DNA from: the human T2T-CHM13v2.0 reference genome, Homo sapiens | Direction: 5' to 3' (one strand) | DNA: 64,000 nt | Assembly: GCF_009914755.1 (NCBI RefSeq) | Contig: NC_060926.1 | Part shown: piece after piece, positions 60,978-64,000 of the stretch | Layout: each line of letters opens with the position of its first letter | How positions within the stretch are numbered: the stretch's first letter is position 1 | Made by a program: the position numbers and the translations under genes | Notes under the pieces: generated by a model | The model's input: the letters and a program-made list of their open reading frames with translations, nothing else | Databases searched by the model: none | Told to the model about the DNA's origin: nothing

Positions 60978-61030
60978 CCGGCGGCGGCGGCAGCGGCGGC
61001 GGCGGCGGCGGCTGCTGCTGCTGCCGCTGC
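60978..61030. repeat. Compound (GGC)n/(TGC)n tract; reads CAG/CCG repeat in the 5'UTR
   Basis: ccggcggcggcggcagcggcggcggcggcggcggctgctgctgctgccgctgc read directly. Confidence 0.9.
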
Positions 61031-61055
61031 TCCACCTCCCAGCCGGGACCAGACG

Positions 61056-61127
61056 TCCTCCTCCTCCTCCTCCTCTTCCTCCTCCTCCTCCTCCTCCTCC
61101 TCCTCTTCCTCCTCCTCCTCCTCCTCC
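61056..61127. repeat. (TCC)6 TCT (TCC)9 TCT (TCC)7 homopyrimidine triplet tract; reads (GGA)n in the mRNA 5'UTR
   Basis: Counted directly: 24 triplets, 72 bp, two TCT interruptions 30 bp apart. Confidence 0.95.
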
Positions 61128-61916
61128 CAGGCAGAAAGAAAGACACTGCAGAGCGCAGAGGGCACCCCGGACAGGGCGCTCCCAAGGAGTTTCCTCCCGG
61201 AGCCCGACTGCTCCGGGGCTGCCAAGGGCTGGCGCGCTGGCCGCGGTCCGCTCGGGCGAGCCGGCTGCGCGGGGCTGAGAGGTGATCAATACAAGTGGAA
61301 AGTGCGGCAGCGGCGGCTGCGCTTGGTGCCAGGCGGCATCTGGGGTGGGTGCGCCCGATGTGGAGAGAGGAGAGGGGCTGGCGTTCCGAGGCCGTGGGGG
61401 AAGGGCGGGCGGGGGCGGGGCCTGGGCGCCGCCGAGCCCGGGACCCGCTGGAGGTGAGGGCTGAGTTTTAACCACTCCTCACCTCCCAGGCTCGCGGTTG
61501 GACGGGCGGAAGCCCTGTGAGTCCAGATCGCTTTGTGTCGGGGGTGGGGAAATGGGAGTGGGAGTGGGGGTGGAGGGGGAATGCGGGGGGACCCAGCTTA
61601 AGAACTGCAGGGCGGGCACCTCTTTTGCTTTCCCGAGTTTTTATCTTCGTAAGGGGGAGGGGAAATAAGGGAAAAGAGGAAATCTGATTAATCGTTCACT
61701 TCCCACCGCCCAGTAATTTTTTTTCACAAGGGAAGGAAAATGATTTAATGCCCAACAAAGCTGGAGTCTGGACACCTGGGTTCTGTTCCTCCCACCCACC
61801 CCCGACCCGGGGCCACAAGACTAATCTAGGTGACCTTGGGAGGGTTAGCGTCCTTCGGTTTGGTTTTCCCAGATGTGAGACGTGAAATCATGCCCCTTGC
61901 ACAAGGGGAGGCAAAG

Positions 61917-61917
61917 C

Positions 61918-61952
<35 letters not shown>

Positions 61953-61955
61953 CAC
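61917..61955. repeat. (CATA)n/(CA)n microsatellite upstream of the RBMS1 promoter
   Basis: Read directly. Confidence 0.9.
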
Positions 61956-63109
61956 CCCTCACAACATATAGACGGATCCTTCTAAGAGGGGGATGCCGCA
62001 AAGAGGCAGAATGTTATTAGAGGACACAATATAGACATCAGCTTTTCTCTGCCTCTTTCTAATGCTGCCAGACAGTCTGTCAACTCCCACTCAGGAGCAA
62101 GGAAACTCCCTGAGTTTGGAATATTTTAAGGCCATTTTGAAAGTCACGCTGGCATATTGTTGCAGTGTGCTTCAGTGACATATAAAATCAATCTCTCTTT
62201 CTGCCTCTCTCCATCTCCTAATTGTCACAGCTCTAGACAGCCTCAGACCAGCAGTGGTTCAGTTCACTACATAACTAGATATAATTTAATGGAATTAATT
62301 GGTCCCCGAAGCTGCCTGCAGAAGACTTTTATATTCCAGCTCAAAAAGAGAGCTAATACCAAAATGTACATACGGATAGCATAGGTAAGCAAGCATCCTC
62401 AAATTAGGGTTCCGGCACATCTAATAAAATGTAATAAAAAACTGTGTTTGTTATTAAATAGACCTTGTTTACTTTGTCATTTTGGTTTTTGAAGAGTCTT
62501 TTGTTAATAGCACAAGGTAAATTAAACTCAACTGGAATGCATTATTTTGTTAAACAGTTATTATTTTTATATGATAACATTTTAAAATAGGTTTAGTAAG
62601 ATACTTTAAAACAATGACAAAATAAGGACCTGAAACCCTTATAATCGTTCTATGGTTTAGACAAATTTCTAGATCTTACATGTTTGACAAAAACAAAATA
62701 AATATAAGTATAGGTGAGAACATTTTGGCTCTGCCAGGAGGCAAATCATGTCCCTCTCATTTACCTATGTAAAAGCCTATAAGGAAGCTAATATTTACTA
62801 TGTCTGCTATATTGTAGGCACTGTTGAGGTGCATGCAGACCTGAAAAGTGGAATGGGTCACTGTCAGACTAGGGGAGCCTAAAATATTTCCCATATTGTT
62901 TCAATGTGGGGCCTTTTAATGTTTTTAAACAGGGAACTGACATGAACTAAATTGTGCTTTAGGAAGACTAGGAATGATGGTTTGGAAGAGTGACAGAAGG
63001 AAGAGAAGTAAATCGAGAACAATCGCAGAAGTTCTAGGTTTGAGGTAATAAGGGAAACTACCAAACTTAGACTGTTCTACTTACTGTTTTTTCTGGATGA
63101 TGGAAATTC

Positions 63110-64000
63110 AGCCTGTTTTAGAGAGCCCAAAAGCAGACCTACACTTGTATAGACACTTGATTTATGACTGAGTTGGTATTATAGCGCAGTGGAGAAAGAA
63201 TGAACTTTTCAATAAATGATTCTGGGTCAACTGGCAATCATATGGAAAAAATGAAATGGGAGCCCTGCCTCACACATACCAAGGGAGGAGGGTGGAAAAT
63301 TGAGGTGAATCATGACCTGGATGTGAAAAACAAAAGTATAAAGCTGTTAGAAGACAATATAGAAGAATACCTTTTTGACCCTGAAATAGGAAAGATTGGT
63401 TAAATAAGGGGAACAACAGTGTAAGATTGACAGATTTGACTGTTAACATTAAGAACACTGGTTCATTGAAGGATTTTATAAAAAGCGATAAAAGCCACTA
63501 AATACCTGTAATACATATAACACAAAAGGTTAGTATACAGAATGTATAAATAATCAATAAAAAAAGAGAACTTGTTAGAATATGAACAAAAGAATGAATG
63601 TGTATTTCACAGAAGCACAAATATTCAGAAAACATATAAAAAGATGCTCAAGTTCATTAGTAATAAGAGAAATGCAAATTAAAATAATACTACTATACCA
63701 TTTCATATTCACCGGATTTGCAAAAATTAAGAACTCTAAAAATATTAAGAGTAGGTAAAAATGTGGAAGGGGGGAAATCTGAAAACACTGCTTCCTGGAG
63801 GAAGTATAAATTGGTCTAACCACCACTTTAGAAAACAATTTGGCATTCCTGAATTTCATTTGCATGTTTCCTACAACACAGTAACAGGTACGTACCTTAA
63901 ATAAATTATTTTATATGTGCACCAGGAGAAATATACAGGAATGTTCATAATATGCAGAAAATAACTCAAATGTCTACCAACTGTAGAGTGGATTAAAAAG
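63110..64000 (+). mobile_element. Old L1M ORF2 3' fragment, runs off the window end
   Basis: L1 text (cttttcaataaatgattctgggtcaactgg; aagatgctcaagttcattagtaataagagaaatgcaaattaaaa; caccactttagaaaacaatttggca). Confidence 0.85.

Larger units (their letters stand above)
60898..61341 (-). other. RBMS1: RBMS1 exon 1 5'UTR (TSS position approximate)
   Basis: GC-rich sequence between the ATG and the GC-box cluster at ~61403-61420, containing triplet repeats. The upstream boundary is inferred, not directly visible. Confidence 0.7.
60230..61520. promoter_or_regulatory. CpG island promoter of RBMS1, with Sp1/KLF GC boxes (GGGCGGGCGGGGGCGGGG at ~61403-61420); no obvious TATA box
   Basis: Abrupt rise in GC and CpG density relative to AT-rich flanks; spans exon 1 and the start of intron 1. 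Confidence 0.9.

Noticed and set aside
60172-61464. Plus-strand ORFs of 130-150 aa across the CpG island
   Set aside because: Low-complexity, GC-driven open frames with mostly non-ATG starts; no recognisable protein.

Overview
Primate genomic DNA, almost certainly human: it contains an AluYa5 carrying the subfamily's diagnostic bases and two SVA elements. The window holds the 5' end of RBMS1 (MSSP-1) on the minus strand: a CpG-island promoter (~60.2-61.5 kb), a 5'UTR with a 72-bp (GGA)n tract and a compound CAG/CCG tract, and 75 coding nt ([25 protein letters not shown]) ending at a GT donor. The first ~60.8 kb are intron 1, filled with Alus, old L1/L2/MIR, MaLR LTRs and MER DNA elements. No other real CDS is supported; the remaining ORFs come from repeats or chance. 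The most notable structures are two full-length SVAs arranged head-to-head ~8 kb apart, whose target-site duplications enclose extra non-SVA sequence. One has an Alu 3' fragment at its 5' end. The other has ~740 bp of probable 3' transduction (unique DNA + MIR + Alu). Also present: a templated-insertion-like hairpin scar, a 107-bp tandem duplication and closely spaced inverted Alus. I see no evidence of a wholly new biological system. Repeat subfamily calls are made by eye and boundaries are approximate.
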